Source: Hamiltosporidium tvaerminnensis FI-OER-3-3 (Eukaryota > Fungi > Microsporidia). From it: a stretch of DNA of 64,000 nt. Location of the stretch: positions 930,001-994,000 of the forward strand of contig CM061250.1 of the NCBI GenBank assembly GCA_022605425.2. The letters are read 5' to 3'. Within the stretch, counting starts at the first letter, position 1; each line of letters opens with the position of its first letter. Made by a program: the position numbers and the translations under genes. This document shows, one piece after another, positions 40,711 to 54,019 of the stretch. The notes beneath the pieces are model-generated. The model was not told the DNA's origin and searched no databases. It was given only the letters and a program-made list of their open reading frames with translations.

Positions 40711-40936
40711 TTACGAGTTTCCCATCATGCCGGGGCAGAATTGGCTTGGATATTCTTTGCTTGCCGTAAAAGACGACTAAAAGAGGCTGGTAATCCGGGT
40801 TAGGGTTGGGCGTAGGGCTAACATCTCCCCCTTTAAAACCACCTTGTTACGAAACCCGAAAAAGTAAACAAGCGCACAAAAAAAAGACCGGTGGACGGTA
40901 TTACTAAGGGCGGCCAAGGTTCGAGCAGGGCTGTAA
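40711..40936 (-). ncRNA. Candidate structured ncRNA, possibly telomerase RNA
   Basis: Isolated GC-rich non-coding island with nested complementary segments and the telomere-complementary 11-mer AACCCUAACCC (40797-40807). Identity is inference. Confidence 0.45.
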
Positions 40937-42399
40937 TAACGAGAATTATTATGAATAAAAATATAATAAAACGAGATTTTATAATCATTATATTATCTCT
41001 TAAAGTAAATTGGAGGAAAATTCGAAAAATCTTAAAGAGAATTAGCAAGAGAACATAATCATCTATATTTATCATCACTAAATTTTTCAAAAAAAACCTG
41101 ACAAAAATGTCAAAAATGATTTTTAGATTTTGTATAAACGATTCTTAAAATATTCATGGAAATAAATTTCAAATTAAATTCGTATTACAAGGTATATTGA
41201 CAAATAATAACGAAAATTATCGATTCTAACAACGGCTGTAATAGATTTTTGGAATATATGTTTTAAGTATAAGGATTTGTCTCTCTTAATAATATTAAAA
41301 ATTAAATTTAAATCAAAAAAATTCTGTTTAGAATAGTGAAAAGTGATAAATATTTTTACATTGCTTAATAGTAATGCAAAAAATAGGACAGAACATTTTA
41401 AAGTGCGAAAAATATATTAAGTTTAGATTTGACTAAAATTCAAGTGTAAAAAGTAAAGCTTTTTTAAATTAGTGACATGATTGCAAATAATTTTATTGGA
41501 AAATGTTTTTAATCGAAAATTTAAGTTATAAAAACAAACTGATTTAATTTTATTATTTTTTATAAATTTAATTTTGTATATAAGCAGAACATAGGTAAAA
41601 TAACTTTAAGAATATCGAAATTCGATAAATTTTGTTTTTTATAACTAAAAATTTATTTTCATCTACAACGAACACTCTCAATGTATTTAAGATATGAAAT
41701 CATTTTCTATCTTATTTATAAAGTTTAAGACACAATTTTAATCAATCTTCAATCTTTTTTGGTTATCTGCATGAAATTATAGCAACTATTAAAACCATGA
41801 AAATAATTTTATAGAGCATTTTTTTGCTTTAGAGGGAAGAGATCTGTTGATTTATATTCTCACTTTGTATTATAAAACAAAGAAAAAATATTATGATTTG
41901 CTTTATTAAACTTATAAAATCTATTCATTTCTTAATTTTATTCAATAGACTCTATAGCTTCGTGACTTTAAACAAATTTTTAAAATTGGTTTTAGCTTAA
42001 ATTTAAGTATATCAGAAGAATGTAAAGTTTCTCTAAAAATATCAATTTCAAACATCAAATCTGATCTAAAACCTCAATTTACGCATATTTTATTGTCAAC
42101 ACTTTTATGATATGAATAATACTCTAATAAATTTCAAATTTATAAGTATCTATTCATTTTTTAGTTCTCATCAATCTTTATTTTTGATTTTAGAAGAAAT
42201 GTTATTATGTATCTATTTACCGAGCTTTTAAGGTTCATTGATAACTTAACAAGCATTATATTCATATTAATAAAACAACTCGTTTTAATGGTTTAAATAT
42301 AAAATTATATTTATTAAATGAATCATTTAATTTTAATAAAAGTATATTGTAGGCTTTTTTAATGTCAATTACTGGAGAAATTGTTGCTTAATATTGGTT

Positions 42400-43100
42400 A
42401 TTTTACGTACACAATTCACATGAAGAATATTATTTTATATCATACAAACTAGAAACAAATGTGCTATGAATTTGTCATTTTTTTGAAAACTTTATAATTA
42501 AATAACAAATTTATAAATAGTAACAAAGGTTAAGAAAATAAATCTTTTAAAATATTCTTTATTAGAATTATTATTAATATGAAAAAGGTGGTCATAGATA
42601 ATCAAAATAGAATTTTTTTGATCTTTTTTAAGTACTAATGATTATTCGTAATTTCGCGTTTATTCTTAGAAGTACAACTTATTAGTTCAATATAAAATCA
42701 CGGTTTAAAAGCAATATATATAAATTTTATATGGTAATTTTGAATGTATCACTATGGCATCAAATAATTTCTCTTCTCTTACATCTATTCTTAGTACTTA
42801 AATAATATTCAGATCAAAACATTTTATTGTCTCTCCTACATTTATTATGAATTGATAAATTCCACAAAGTTTTATTCCTTCTATAATTTATCTTGGAGGC
42901 TGAAGCGTCTGTTATTCGATAAATTTTGATCTTTAAAAGGTATTTTAATCTTGGTATCAATTAATTATGCTTGGATTTAAAAGGAATCACCCTGCTCAGC
43001 TAAGTTCTTTTAGAAACCAGTTGATAGGTTTTTCATAGGTTTATTAAATTGAGTACGACGTAATTACTTTTTCTCGATGTTTGATGGCTGAAATAATCTT
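42400..43100 (-). mobile_element. Decayed Ty3/Gypsy-like pol (RT thumb/RNase H) relic
   Basis: Ordered remnants QTLQPPR...KLCG.IN (~42860-42910), KLFDA.SDT (~42750, TDAS-like) and IYDH (~42590, TDH-like); heavily disrupted. Confidence 0.4.
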
Positions 43101-44699
43101 TTATCTATTTTAAAGCTTTTTTTAAATTCTTTTGATTTTAAAATATTTTATTTCAAACAAAGATCAATATCTATTTATCAATATTTTTCACTAATTTTCA
43201 GTGTTATTTGTTTTGATTCTTTATATAAATTGTCACATTCTATTGGTTATTAATGGTAATCTTTCCGTAAACGTTTTTTCTTTTTTTTATGGTTTCATTC
43301 AAATTTTGTTTTTTTTTATCTTCGATATAATATTTAGTATACAGACCGAATTTTTCATTTTAAAATTTCTTTTATCAAAATTTCTTTGACGGGGGAGGGG
43401 GGCGTTTCTTTTTTCGACATTTTCATTTATTTTTCTTTTTTTCTATTTTTCCGAGCAATCATCAGTTGATATAGTTTACATAGTGATCTATTAGATTTCT
43501 AAAATCTATGTAGATAATTCAGGCCTAGAATTATTTTCTACTTCATAAATTCAACGATAATAAATATTTTTAATTTTGTTTCAAAAAATTTTCGATTCTT
43601 AAGATTGTTTACATCTTAGCCTTAAAATCGAATACTTCTATTTCGGAAAATCACATCCTTTTTCTATTTTAATTCTATTGGTGAAATAGAATCACTGTCG
43701 TTCTGCACTACTCTAGCCAAATTCTTTTTCTTCTTTTAGTTCGGTACAATTAAGCTTTCATCATAAATTACCTCCCTCTCCCCAAATGTACAATTAATTT
43801 TTTTCTTTATGATATATTATATATAGAGTTCAACTCTATCTGAAAATTACATCCTATTTTTCTAGTCTGTTATTACTAATAGAACATTTCTTGTGAAATA
43901 TTCATAATATGGGAATTTTCGCTCTATAAATAGTTTTTTTTGAACAAATTTTGTTTCTTGATTGGGAAAATTTGTGTACTCGGACTATTCTACGAAATTC
44001 TTAAGTTCCTTTTTGGGAGGCAATATGCACAAAATTTATCTCTTTTGTTTAAACTTGGTTACAAATTGTATTGTTCTAGATCAAAAATACTAATTCTGTG
44101 AATAGACTAATATAAAATTTGGAAATAGAACAGGTTCTACACAAAGTTTAATTTTATAATTTACAGAAATCATTTCAACTCGAAACTATATTTTATAATA
44201 AGAATTTTCATATTTAATTTTAATTTGATTGATTAAATTTTATCTAACTAATAAAACTAAAATATTTACATTATGAGATTCAAAATTTATTGTTAAATAT
44301 TAAAATATAAACAATAAAGAAATTCTAATACTTTATTTATATGCTTTAAATTGAATCATCGTTTTGTTTGACCCAAAAATTTAAATATCATTCTATTATA
44401 AACTCTGATTATGGTTGCTGAAATCATGTTTTGTCATTTTAGATATGTTGTCTTTTCTTTGAGAAGACAAAAAACTAAAATAGCTAAATATAAGTCTAAA
44501 AGCTATCATGATTTTATATTTCGAACTCTATTTAATCAAATTATCACCTCATTATTTATCCTGTGTATTGTTAACATCATTAAAGGCATTGTATTTTTAC
44601 ATTTGAACAAAATATTGATGGTTTTATGGTAATTATATAATTCATTCGCAATTTATATAGTGTATGTTTTAACACTAGAAAAAATATCAAAGGATTCTA

Positions 44700-46095
44700 A
44701 AATTTATTTAGGATAGAAAAATTTGTTTCAAAATTCGAAAGTGCATTTATAATTCTCTTATTTTGTGTGTAACAGTCTTTTTCTTGCGCGCAAAAGTGAG
44801 ATTCTGTTAAGAGAGAATTTTATCACATTATCATGTTAAAAAAATTTTGAGTTAGAAATATTGGAAAAAACTGTTAAAATTGAATATGTAGCTGTGTATC
44901 TGTAAATTTTTTACACAAGAAATGATTCAAAATAATTTGATTATGTTATTCAAAGATGCTTTTGGCTTAAGTATATCTTGCTTGAGGGCTTCGAAAAATA
45001 AACCACAATGCACAAAACTAGAGTGTCTTAAATATTTTGTCTATAACAAAAAGAGTAGTTGCTGAATTTTTTTTACTAAAAAAACTATTTGATGGTTAGA
45101 GATTTTATATCGATCAGCTATTAATTCAATATAAGATGTGCAAGTAGTTTATATTTTTTTAATAAAGCCTATCAATATCGCTTCAAAAAAAATATAGTCA
45201 CATACAAGCAGAAGGATTTTAATATTTCGTTATGTTCTTTAATCATAATATTCAAATTTATTTTTTTGCAATCATTGCACTCCATTTTTTATTTTCATGC
45301 AAAATAAATACCCAAATTCGCAAAGAAGACTAAAAAAATATTCTTAATAACGTGCATATTTTGTCTATTGGCAGTTTAATCAGCAAAGAAAATTTTGCTT
45401 GAATAAGAAAGCTACTGTAACACTCGGATTTATTTGTGATAAACAAACATATTTGATGCAGATTGTATATATGGTTAGCCGGTATACATCGGCAGTACTT
45501 CTAGAGAATCCCGCCTTTTTTGATTAATTATTATTATTTTAAGTTTCATATAGATGTTCTTAAAAATAAACAGGAAATAAACCATATTTCTATTTAAAAC
45601 ATTCAAATAGATTATTGGGATTTTATATGAGTCTTCCAATCACATAATTCAATCATGTTGATATATTTGTCTAGTGATTTTTTCCGCTTCGGCACTACCT
45701 AACTACAGGAAAAAAACTATTCTAAAATAAAATACACAAAATATATTTGCAAATCAAATTAAAAAATAAGTACTTGAAGCCGTTATTGATAATTTGTACA
45801 AATAATTAGGGCTAAATCTCAACTACGTCACTCTCATTAATAATAAATTACGTCTCTAATTATTTTTATTTTATTTTGCTTTTTTGGTATAAATTAATCA
45901 AAAAACAATGATATAATTTAAAATGTTAGGAACAAAATAATTTTTTTGTATAACATACGGGAATTTTATCATGTTTTAAGTCAAAAAACACATCTAACCT
46001 ATAATAAAAATACTTTGGCTAGGTTTAGGTAATGCCTGGATTTTTAATGCGGGCCAGATGAAATGTGTCAGCGGGCCGTAGTTTGGAAACTCCTG
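44700..46095 (+). mobile_element. hAT (Charlie/SPIN-like) transposon relic with preserved right terminus
   Basis: Terminus gcgggccagatgaaatgtgtcagcgggccgtagtttggaaactcctg (rc CAGGAGTTTCCAAACTACGGCCCGC) followed by TA-centred atttaaca; upstream SLISKENFA*IRK...LGFICDKQTYLM resembles the hAT C-terminal FGSTY.CEQ.FS region. Left end not found. Confidence 0.55.
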
Positions 46096-46611
46096 ATTTA
46101 ACATATCATATATTTTCTTGCCTTTCCTGCATACCATTTATGTTATTTACTTGTTTATTTTTGTTATACTTAAATTTTAAGAATTATAAAATAATAATCT
46201 TTAAAATCGACTAATTTGTTTCAATTATCCTAACTTGATGTTCTTATTTCTACTACTTAACAATCCTAAAATCTAAATTTCAAATTAAAATCAAAGTACT
46301 GGTACAATCCATATTAATCTTTTGCAATTATTAGAATTCTTATTTAAAAGGTATTTGCCAACCAAAATCTTATCATAAATTGTTTTGTTCGAATGTATTA
46401 GTTCTATCCAAATATACATGCAAAAATTAATTTTTGTACATTTAAAATTTTTTCAAATTTCTAATTTAACTTAATTTATTTCTTAATTTGCTTTAGAATA
46501 TTTAGAATATACTTTTGTGCTTTTTGATATATAAAGCTTCTTATATACTAAATATTTTAATAAACCTTATTAATTTTATAATTTATATTAAACAGAAGTT
46601 ACATAAGAAAA

Positions 46612-48804
46612 ATGAACTGTTTTGTTTCGTCTTATATTTTATTATTATTTTACTCACACTCGTCAATTAATTCGAACTTAATATTTTTGTTTGATTCAAA
46701 TAATGTGTTTAATAATCCTAGAATTCTTAAATTGCACAAAAAATATCGATATTATGGGAAATTTGAGGAAAACCAAGGGTTTATAAAATATTTTTCTACA
46801 AATAATGCATTTGAATCAGAAAATGGTTCAAATACTAATCACGAAGATAAATATTATTATAAATATCTAAAAGAGACAAATATAATGTATTTAGATGACT
46901 TAAAAATTCAATTTCATTTCATAGAATCTTATTTATCAAACAACTTAATAAAAATGCCTATTTACATCGGAAATATAATAACACAAAAAAATTTCTTAAT
47001 ATTTTTAGATTTATGTAATCATGAAGTTTATAATTCTAAAAAAAGATTTAATATTGATACAATTCGCCAAGTATTGTCTCTTTTTGAATATTTAATTCCA
47101 GTATATGATTCAGATTTCCAAAAAATTTGTAAGATAATTATGATTTCTCGAATAGATTTTCATTTAAATGACAGACATGACTTTGATATCGAATCTTTTG
47201 AATTATTAGAAACAACTAAATTTATTTTTTTGAAAACATGTATCGAAATTTTAAATACTCATGGATTATTTGTTGAAATAAATCAAAATTTCATTCTGAT
47301 TGACGGTGCGAACCATGAAAATTTACTACATAATAGATCTAGACTGAGTTTGAAATATAATTTGAATGAACTTATTATAACTAGAAATGCGATTTTAAGT
47401 CATTTTTTGTTTCAAAAAGATAGCTCAAAAGATTTTTTAAGATTTTTATCTAGAAGTATTATTTTTTGCGGTTTTAAAAAATTCTCTTTGATTGAGTCAT
47501 ATTCGGACAAAGTTTCCAGTAGAATTATAGAAAATAATATGATGCTGACTGAATATATTTGTCAAAATAATGTTTCTGATTTATATGGATTGTCTAACAT
47601 GTTCAAACATTTTGAGAAACATTTTCTTCCTAATAAAATAACAGATTTAAAAATAATGAATGATAATATATCTGTAAATATTCTAGAAATAATTTTAAAA
47701 TTCAAATATTTGGTTTCCTTGGAATTAAAATTTTTTGCATGTAAAAAACTAAATACATTTATTAGAAAAATACCTTCATCACTTATATATCTAACAAAAT
47801 TACGAATAGAATCAATAGATTCTGAATATATAGCTGCCAAAAACGTTTTCGAATTAATGTTGCAAGAAATATATCTAATTGGCTATTTTTTTCACAGTTC
47901 TTTAAATTTTACTGGAATATCTCTTCAAAGAAATACGATAGAATTTTTAAATGTTTCAAAAAATCAAATATCTTATAATTTCTTCATATTTATAGAAGGT
48001 TTAGAAAAATTAATTGATCTTGATATATCTTATTGTATATTTTATGATTTTATGCCGGGTTTTAGATCTTTAAATAATTTGAAACGATTAAATATCTCGG
48101 GATTAAAGAAAAACCATATCTATAAAATTTTAAATTATAAATTACCAAATTTAGAAGAAATAATAATATATGATGCTGAATTTCTAAAAATATATCTTTT
48201 ATCGTTGATTAAGAATAAAAATCATTTAAAAATCAAGAGAATAGAAATAGATAGTTCGTTGTGTTTTTGGTTAGATATTTTTCCATTTTATCTATTTCCT
48301 GCGCTAGATTCGTTACTTGTATATAACTGTCGTTTTTTCCACAAAATATTATTTGGTTGCAATTATCTAAGACTAAGCGAATCGTTATTATATTTTGTAG
48401 TAAGCGATGCTACATTATATAAATCAGATATTATTTTGCTTCATACCTTAACAAATCTTATATCGCTATCAATTGCTAAATGTAATGTTTACAGGTTTTC
48501 AAATATTTTATTGTCTAATTTATCATGGAAAGCTAAAATTGAGAATTTAGATTTGAGTTTAACAAAAATTGATGTTGAAGTTATAAAAGATATTGAACAA
48601 TTTAAAAATCTAAAAACCCTTGGAATAACTCTTTATCCAAAAGAAATGTTTGTTTTTCAAGATATTATTATCAAGAATTTTAAAAATCGCAAAATTGTCG
48701 AAATAATTTTTATAAAAGGTGTTATAACGAGCAAACTCATACAATTAATTAGAAATATCGAAAATATAAAATCATTTTACTCAATAAACTCAATTATATT
48801 TTAA
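46612..48804 (+). CDS. Secreted-type LRR protein (intact member of the expanded family)
   Basis: Hydrophobic N-terminus; LRRs LEKLIDLDISYC, LNNLKRLNISGL, LTNLISLSIAKC, IENLDLSLTKI. Confidence 0.85.
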   Translation: MNCFVSSYILLLFYSHSSINSNLIFLFDSNNVFNNPRILKLHKKYRYYGKFEENQGFIKYFSTNNAFESENGSNTNHEDKYYYKYLKETNIMYLDDLKIQFHFIESYLSNNLIKMPIYIGNIITQKNFLIFLDLCNHEVYNSKKRFNIDTIRQVLSLFEYLIPVYDSDFQKICKIIMISRIDFHLNDRHDFDIESFELLETTKFIFLKTCIEILNTHGLFVEINQNFILIDGANHENLLHNRSRLSLKYNLNELIITRNAILSHFLFQKDSSKDFLRFLSRSIIFCGFKKFSLIESYSDKVSSRIIENNMMLTEYICQNNVSDLYGLSNMFKHFEKHFLPNKITDLKIMNDNISVNILEIILKFKYLVSLELKFFACKKLNTFIRKIPSSLIYLTKLRIESIDSEYIAAKNVFELMLQEIYLIGYFFHSSLNFTGISLQRNTIEFLNVSKNQISYNFFIFIEGLEKLIDLDISYCIFYDFMPGFRSLNNLKRLNISGLKKNHIYKILNYKLPNLEEIIIYDAEFLKIYLLSLIKNKNHLKIKRIEIDSSLCFWLDIFPFYLFPALDSLLVYNCRFFHKILFGCNYLRLSESLLYFVVSDATLYKSDIILLHTLTNLISLSIAKCNVYRFSNILLSNLSWKAKIENLDLSLTKIDVEVIKDIEQFKNLKTLGITLYPKEMFVFQDIIIKNFKNRKIVEIIFIKGVITSKLIQLIRNIENIKSFYSINSIIF

Positions 48805-51800
48805 CATTTTTTTCGTTAAAGACTAATTTAAGAAAATGTCTAATTTGCAAATTAAATTACTTTTTTGGGTTCTTCTTCAGCTTATTATTTGTAATTAATT
48901 CAAAAAGATAATTTGATAATATTCATCAAGCGTCTTGTGAAAATGAATTTGTAAAGAATTATAATAATCACAGGTGCAATGTATTTCATAGAATCAAGTT
49001 TTATTGAACATATTTTTAACTTGAAATTAAATATCCTTAACCTAATATATGATCATTTATGATTTGAAGGAAAATGAATAACTTAATTACATAAATTTTT
49101 ATACAGTAAAGAATTATAGAGACAAAATTTATCTTAAATATTATTTTTAACAGTTTTTTTGTATTTGCATTTTAAATTGTCTGTTAAACAAATTATACGA
49201 ATTGTATTATTTTGTCTTTGATATTTTCACACCTGTATTAAATGATTAATTTGAAGTTAAATATTTTTCCAAGATATTTCTTTAAATATTCTAAAAAAAT
49301 GCTCTAATTTACTTTAATGTGTATCGAAAATTTACCCTTATCTATCTGCATGTAACACTTTTTTTTCTATTTTATCTAATAGAATAATATATGATAAATT
49401 TTACTCCAAATGAGGTAGAAACAATAGACTATTATATTAGGTATGATTAAAAATTATAGAATATGTAGCGTTTCTGAGTCATAATTATAAATATGACCTT
49501 ATGATCTGCAAATATAAATTTTGGGTTTTACTCCTATCAGTTTAAGTAATTTTAAGATTAATTCACAACCAGGAGGTATATGTTTAGTTTTTTTTAATCT
49601 AAAGTCATGTTTTTGGTTGGTTATGATATGGTAGAATATCTTTCGCGATCAACTACATTTTGTCAAAACGTTATAATATTTTTCAAGGTAATTGATCTAA
49701 ATTGTTTCTAATATTAAACTTTAAATGTTTGAATATGCAGTGCATAAACACAAAAATCTAATTGTAATGTTATGATCAATTTGATTTTTCTTAATTTTCG
49801 TACATTACGAATAATTCTGATAAACATTCAGTGACAACTTGTGAAATTTTACAACATTTAAGACAATTTCTTACCCTGCCAAGTTAATATTAACACCGTA
49901 CCAGTTTCTCTGTCACTTTAATAAATTGACAGGAATTTAAAAATGTGCGACGGATTTGGTTGCTACCGATCAATCGTTTTCCGCTTGTCTCTTACACAAT
50001 CTTGTATCTTAACGAATAAACCATTGTTTTCAGTTCTTTCTTTATTAAATGTTAGATACTTCTCTAAAATAATGTACGTAAAACACTATTTACAGATGTA
50101 GGTAGTATGAAACATCGTTTAGAGAGACAGCCAAATTTATAGTGCTTATCCAAAGGATAAAATGCCCAGATCCTCAAAAAAACAGAATACTTTAATTTGA
50201 TAGAAAAAGTTAAAAATTATAAAAGCATTGTAGTAGAAAAAAAAAGATTGCAGGTGTGAACATAAGTTTGGCATATTAAATATTGAAGGGTGAAAAAATT
50301 AATTGTTTATTCGGAGGAAGATCAAAAGAGTATTAAGCACTGTATAACCCGGAAAGAAGCATTTTAAATTTGCAGGATGTACATGTTAAGATTCAGCATA
50401 ATAGTCGAACTTGTTCGGAATGAAAATAAATCCAAAGTATAAAAACATCACAAAGAAACCAATAGTAACATCTAAATATAGGTATTCTGTCGAAATAAAA
50501 AAACACTGTCATAAAAAAATATTGGAAGACTGATATGACATAAAAACATCAATGCAATAGTCAACTCGATCTATTTGACATGTAATCCCAATCTGATAAT
50601 CTATACAAATCCACCCCTTTTCCTAAGATCATTTTACTAAATTTATTCAACTTCAAACTCTTAAGCGAAAGAGATCAAAGAAAGTGGTTTATATACTTTT
50701 GGATATTTTTGCCAGTTTTAGGTCCCTTTATTTTGCAAAGTAATAAATGCAGAGAATTAGCTAACAATTCTATTACCAAACTATGTAAATTTTGGCTCAT
50801 TTTAAACTTGTTGTATGAAAAAAATCATGTTTTAAAAATTAGAGATATGTAGAACGTGAAAATCAAGACCTAGAGAATATGCTTAATACTTGGATAAAAG
50901 AAAATAACAGCAGAAAAAAGTCAGAAGCTTACGTTTCTTCCAGTATGCAGAACAGAGCTTATCACATTAGCATTAAATTGCGGTCCGTATTTTCAAATAT
51001 TTGGAACAAAATACAAAATTGATCTAAAAAAATTTCTACCTAGAGACGTTCTGTTAATATAATCTGTTAAAAAGGACTCTGAAGTAATATTCGAAGATCA
51101 AAAAATTCAATTCTGTAGAAGAAGGTACACTATAAAATGAACCACCTTACACAATAATAGGGTTTTATCTGCCTTTGTTAGTTATGACTAATATTCAACT
51201 ATTTTTATCTAAACTGAGTTCTGGTTTACATAACAACGAAAGAGCAATATATGTCTTAGAACCATTTAATATTCAAAATTTTGGTCAATTTAAACTGCAA
51301 ATGAAAGTTATGATTGTTTTTTACGGAAGTAACAGTAAATAAATCAAGCATATTGAAAATCAGGGAGATTGCAGAAACCAATCCAAACAAAGAGTTGAAA
51401 AAATTCTTTGGATCTTTAATCAAAATACTCTTTAAGAAAGACCATCAAAAAAGAGTTGGAGTTACGAACGTCGCACAAATGTAAAAATTTGTAACATTTA
51501 TCTTAAACTAAAAGCTACCAATCTTTATATATTAGGCGAAAATGGAACTCCATATCAAATTTATCTGAAGAACCAATTTATAATGTGTAATTAAGGGTTT
51601 ATTCCTTCAAAAAATATTCATTATTACGAGATTTAACTAAAATAATGTACAAGAATATCATCCAAAGATATAATCATGGTTATAATCGATTTGTTACAAA
51701 CTTAAATGTAAATGTAAACAATTCAAGTGTCGTAAAGAAAAAGCTATATATTTCGAATATAATCAAAAAAGAAACACATTTATCATAAAAACACTTCGAT

Positions 51801-54019
51801 AAGACAATTAGTGTGTAAATGTACATGTTTTTTTAAGTATAAGTATTTTTCATATTTATTTACTTAATATAATATTCTCTTATTTTTGTATGTTCTAATA
51901 TTTTGCAATTTACCATTATATTAGCATTATATTCATGCTGATTCTTAACGATTACACCAACATAAATATTGACCAGATTGAGATTAAAATGATTTCTAAA
52001 AATAGTGGTATTTAATGAAAAGTCTTATAGTTTGATTCTGATTAGATGCACATTACAACACAAATAAAATACCAAATATATTAGAGCACAATCTTTTCAT
52101 GTTTTTTCTATTCTTCTTTTGTAGTATTTAATTCAAATATACAAATAAATAATCATTTTAGTTTTATATAGCATTCAATATATTTGATGTTATGTTTATT
52201 TTTAATTAAATTATACAAAAAAACGTGAAAATTTTAATCAATAATTCTTCTTTTATTTCTAAATTACATATCTTATATCAAGCAAAGTAAGTTAAACTTC
52301 ATTTTTGAAAATAGAAGCGAAATTTGTCGAAAAGCTTACCATTTCTTCTCTGAAGAAATAAATCCTGAATAATGTTTATATTGGAATTCAAATACTGAAT
52401 AAATTTTTCAATATCAGTTAATATTGACAAAAATATAACTTATGTTATACATTGATATCCTTTATACTCTAAATTTGCCATTTATTCAATATATTGAATA
52501 TAATAAACCCAAATTATCTTTAAAGGAAATTCATAAGCCAATTTTCTTATTCCTTACATAATCTTCTATCTCTTTGACTGTTTTAAATCCGAACCAGCTT
52601 TTTATCTCTTGGTGGAAATATTCCAAAATATTACTTTTAGAGAAAAAAATTGATTGAATATGGATTTAAAAATTATAAAATACATGAGGATATATTTTCT
52701 GGGGTATATATTTTATCTGTTTGGTTTGGATTGTATACATTTCTAGTTTGATCCACCTGACATTAACATAATATGGGATAAACTTTTACTCTTTACAAAT
52801 TAATGTTTTTTTTTCGTTTAAAAAAATAAATTTTACCGCTTTTTTCTCTTAATATATATCTACTAAGTATATAAGTTATGCTCCAAATCATTATTAATTT
52901 GAGTTTAAAAGTCGAATAAAAAAAGAGTCAATTCGTTTAAGAATTTCTCAGAAATCAGTATGCGGAAATAAGAGTTTGTATTAAATAAAAATTGATACCA
53001 ATCTTTAAAAAAAATAAAACTGTTTTACTTACTTTTAGAGGATTTAAAGAAAACAAAACCTAATTGTAGTTATAAATATTTTGCTAGATTTGTTTAAATT
53101 CATTAAAAATGCAAAACCTTGGAATTTCAACTCGTTCTACCGTGCAAACGCCTTTTCGCTAGATTTGGTGATGAAATAATTATTTTTTAGATACCTTGGA
53201 TGGTTTTTATCAAAATACACCAGTTTAACTTTAATTATCATAATATCGATATTGATGAAGCCATGTACATTTGAGACTACGCACAGAGACAATCAAAACA
53301 ATATCATTGAATCATAAAGAGAATTACATCAATGTAAAATCTTATTAGAATTAAGTAGAGAGTCAGGATGATGCAAACAAAATGTATGAAAACTCTATTT
53401 TTCATTCATAGAAATACATATCGAAGAGAAACCGAGGTGTAGGACGAAAAACTCATAATTATTCAACCTTGAACTGTGATCAGATGACTCAAACGAAGGC
53501 AGAAAAACAAAATATAGAAAAATAGTAAAAGATAAAGGATGGGGCAAATAAAACGAGGAAAGAGGTAAGTCTGAGCCAATAAACATTTTAAGAAATATCT
53601 AGAATTGAATAAATTTATTAGAATATTGCATTTGTTATGAAGTAAAAGATATATTTTGGAATATAAAAAAAAGACGTACATTTATATAAACACACGATGG
53701 AATGAATTAAATAAATTATAAAGTTTGAAAAATGGAATATAAAGTCAACAGTTTATGATTTTATTCAAACAATTAAAAAGATTTTTCATTTTTCTATCAT
53801 CTTTTTCATGAAAAAAAGTGATGTTTTTTTCGTATTTCTCTTAACGAAGATGAATAAAAATAAAACGATAGATTATTTTTGTAAAATCTCTTCTTTAATT
53901 ATATAATAAAATTTTTAAATTCATCCAATCATTCTGATTTTTTTAATAAAAAAATATTCTAATTTTTTGGAAGTAAAAATATAATATTAAAGGCTTTATT
54001 CCGAAATACTTTTCATCCC

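Noticed and set aside
40762-40778. Minus-strand CGUCUUUUAC resembling U5 snRNA loop 1
   Set aside because: It differs from the invariant GCCUUUUAC and no Sm site follows.
40895-40935. Plus-strand resemblance to SRP RNA helix 8 (CUAAGG...CGGCCAAGG..GAGCAGG)
   Set aside because: The apical GNRA tetraloop stem is absent and there is no downstream return strand for helix 5; the sequence turns AT-rich immediately.
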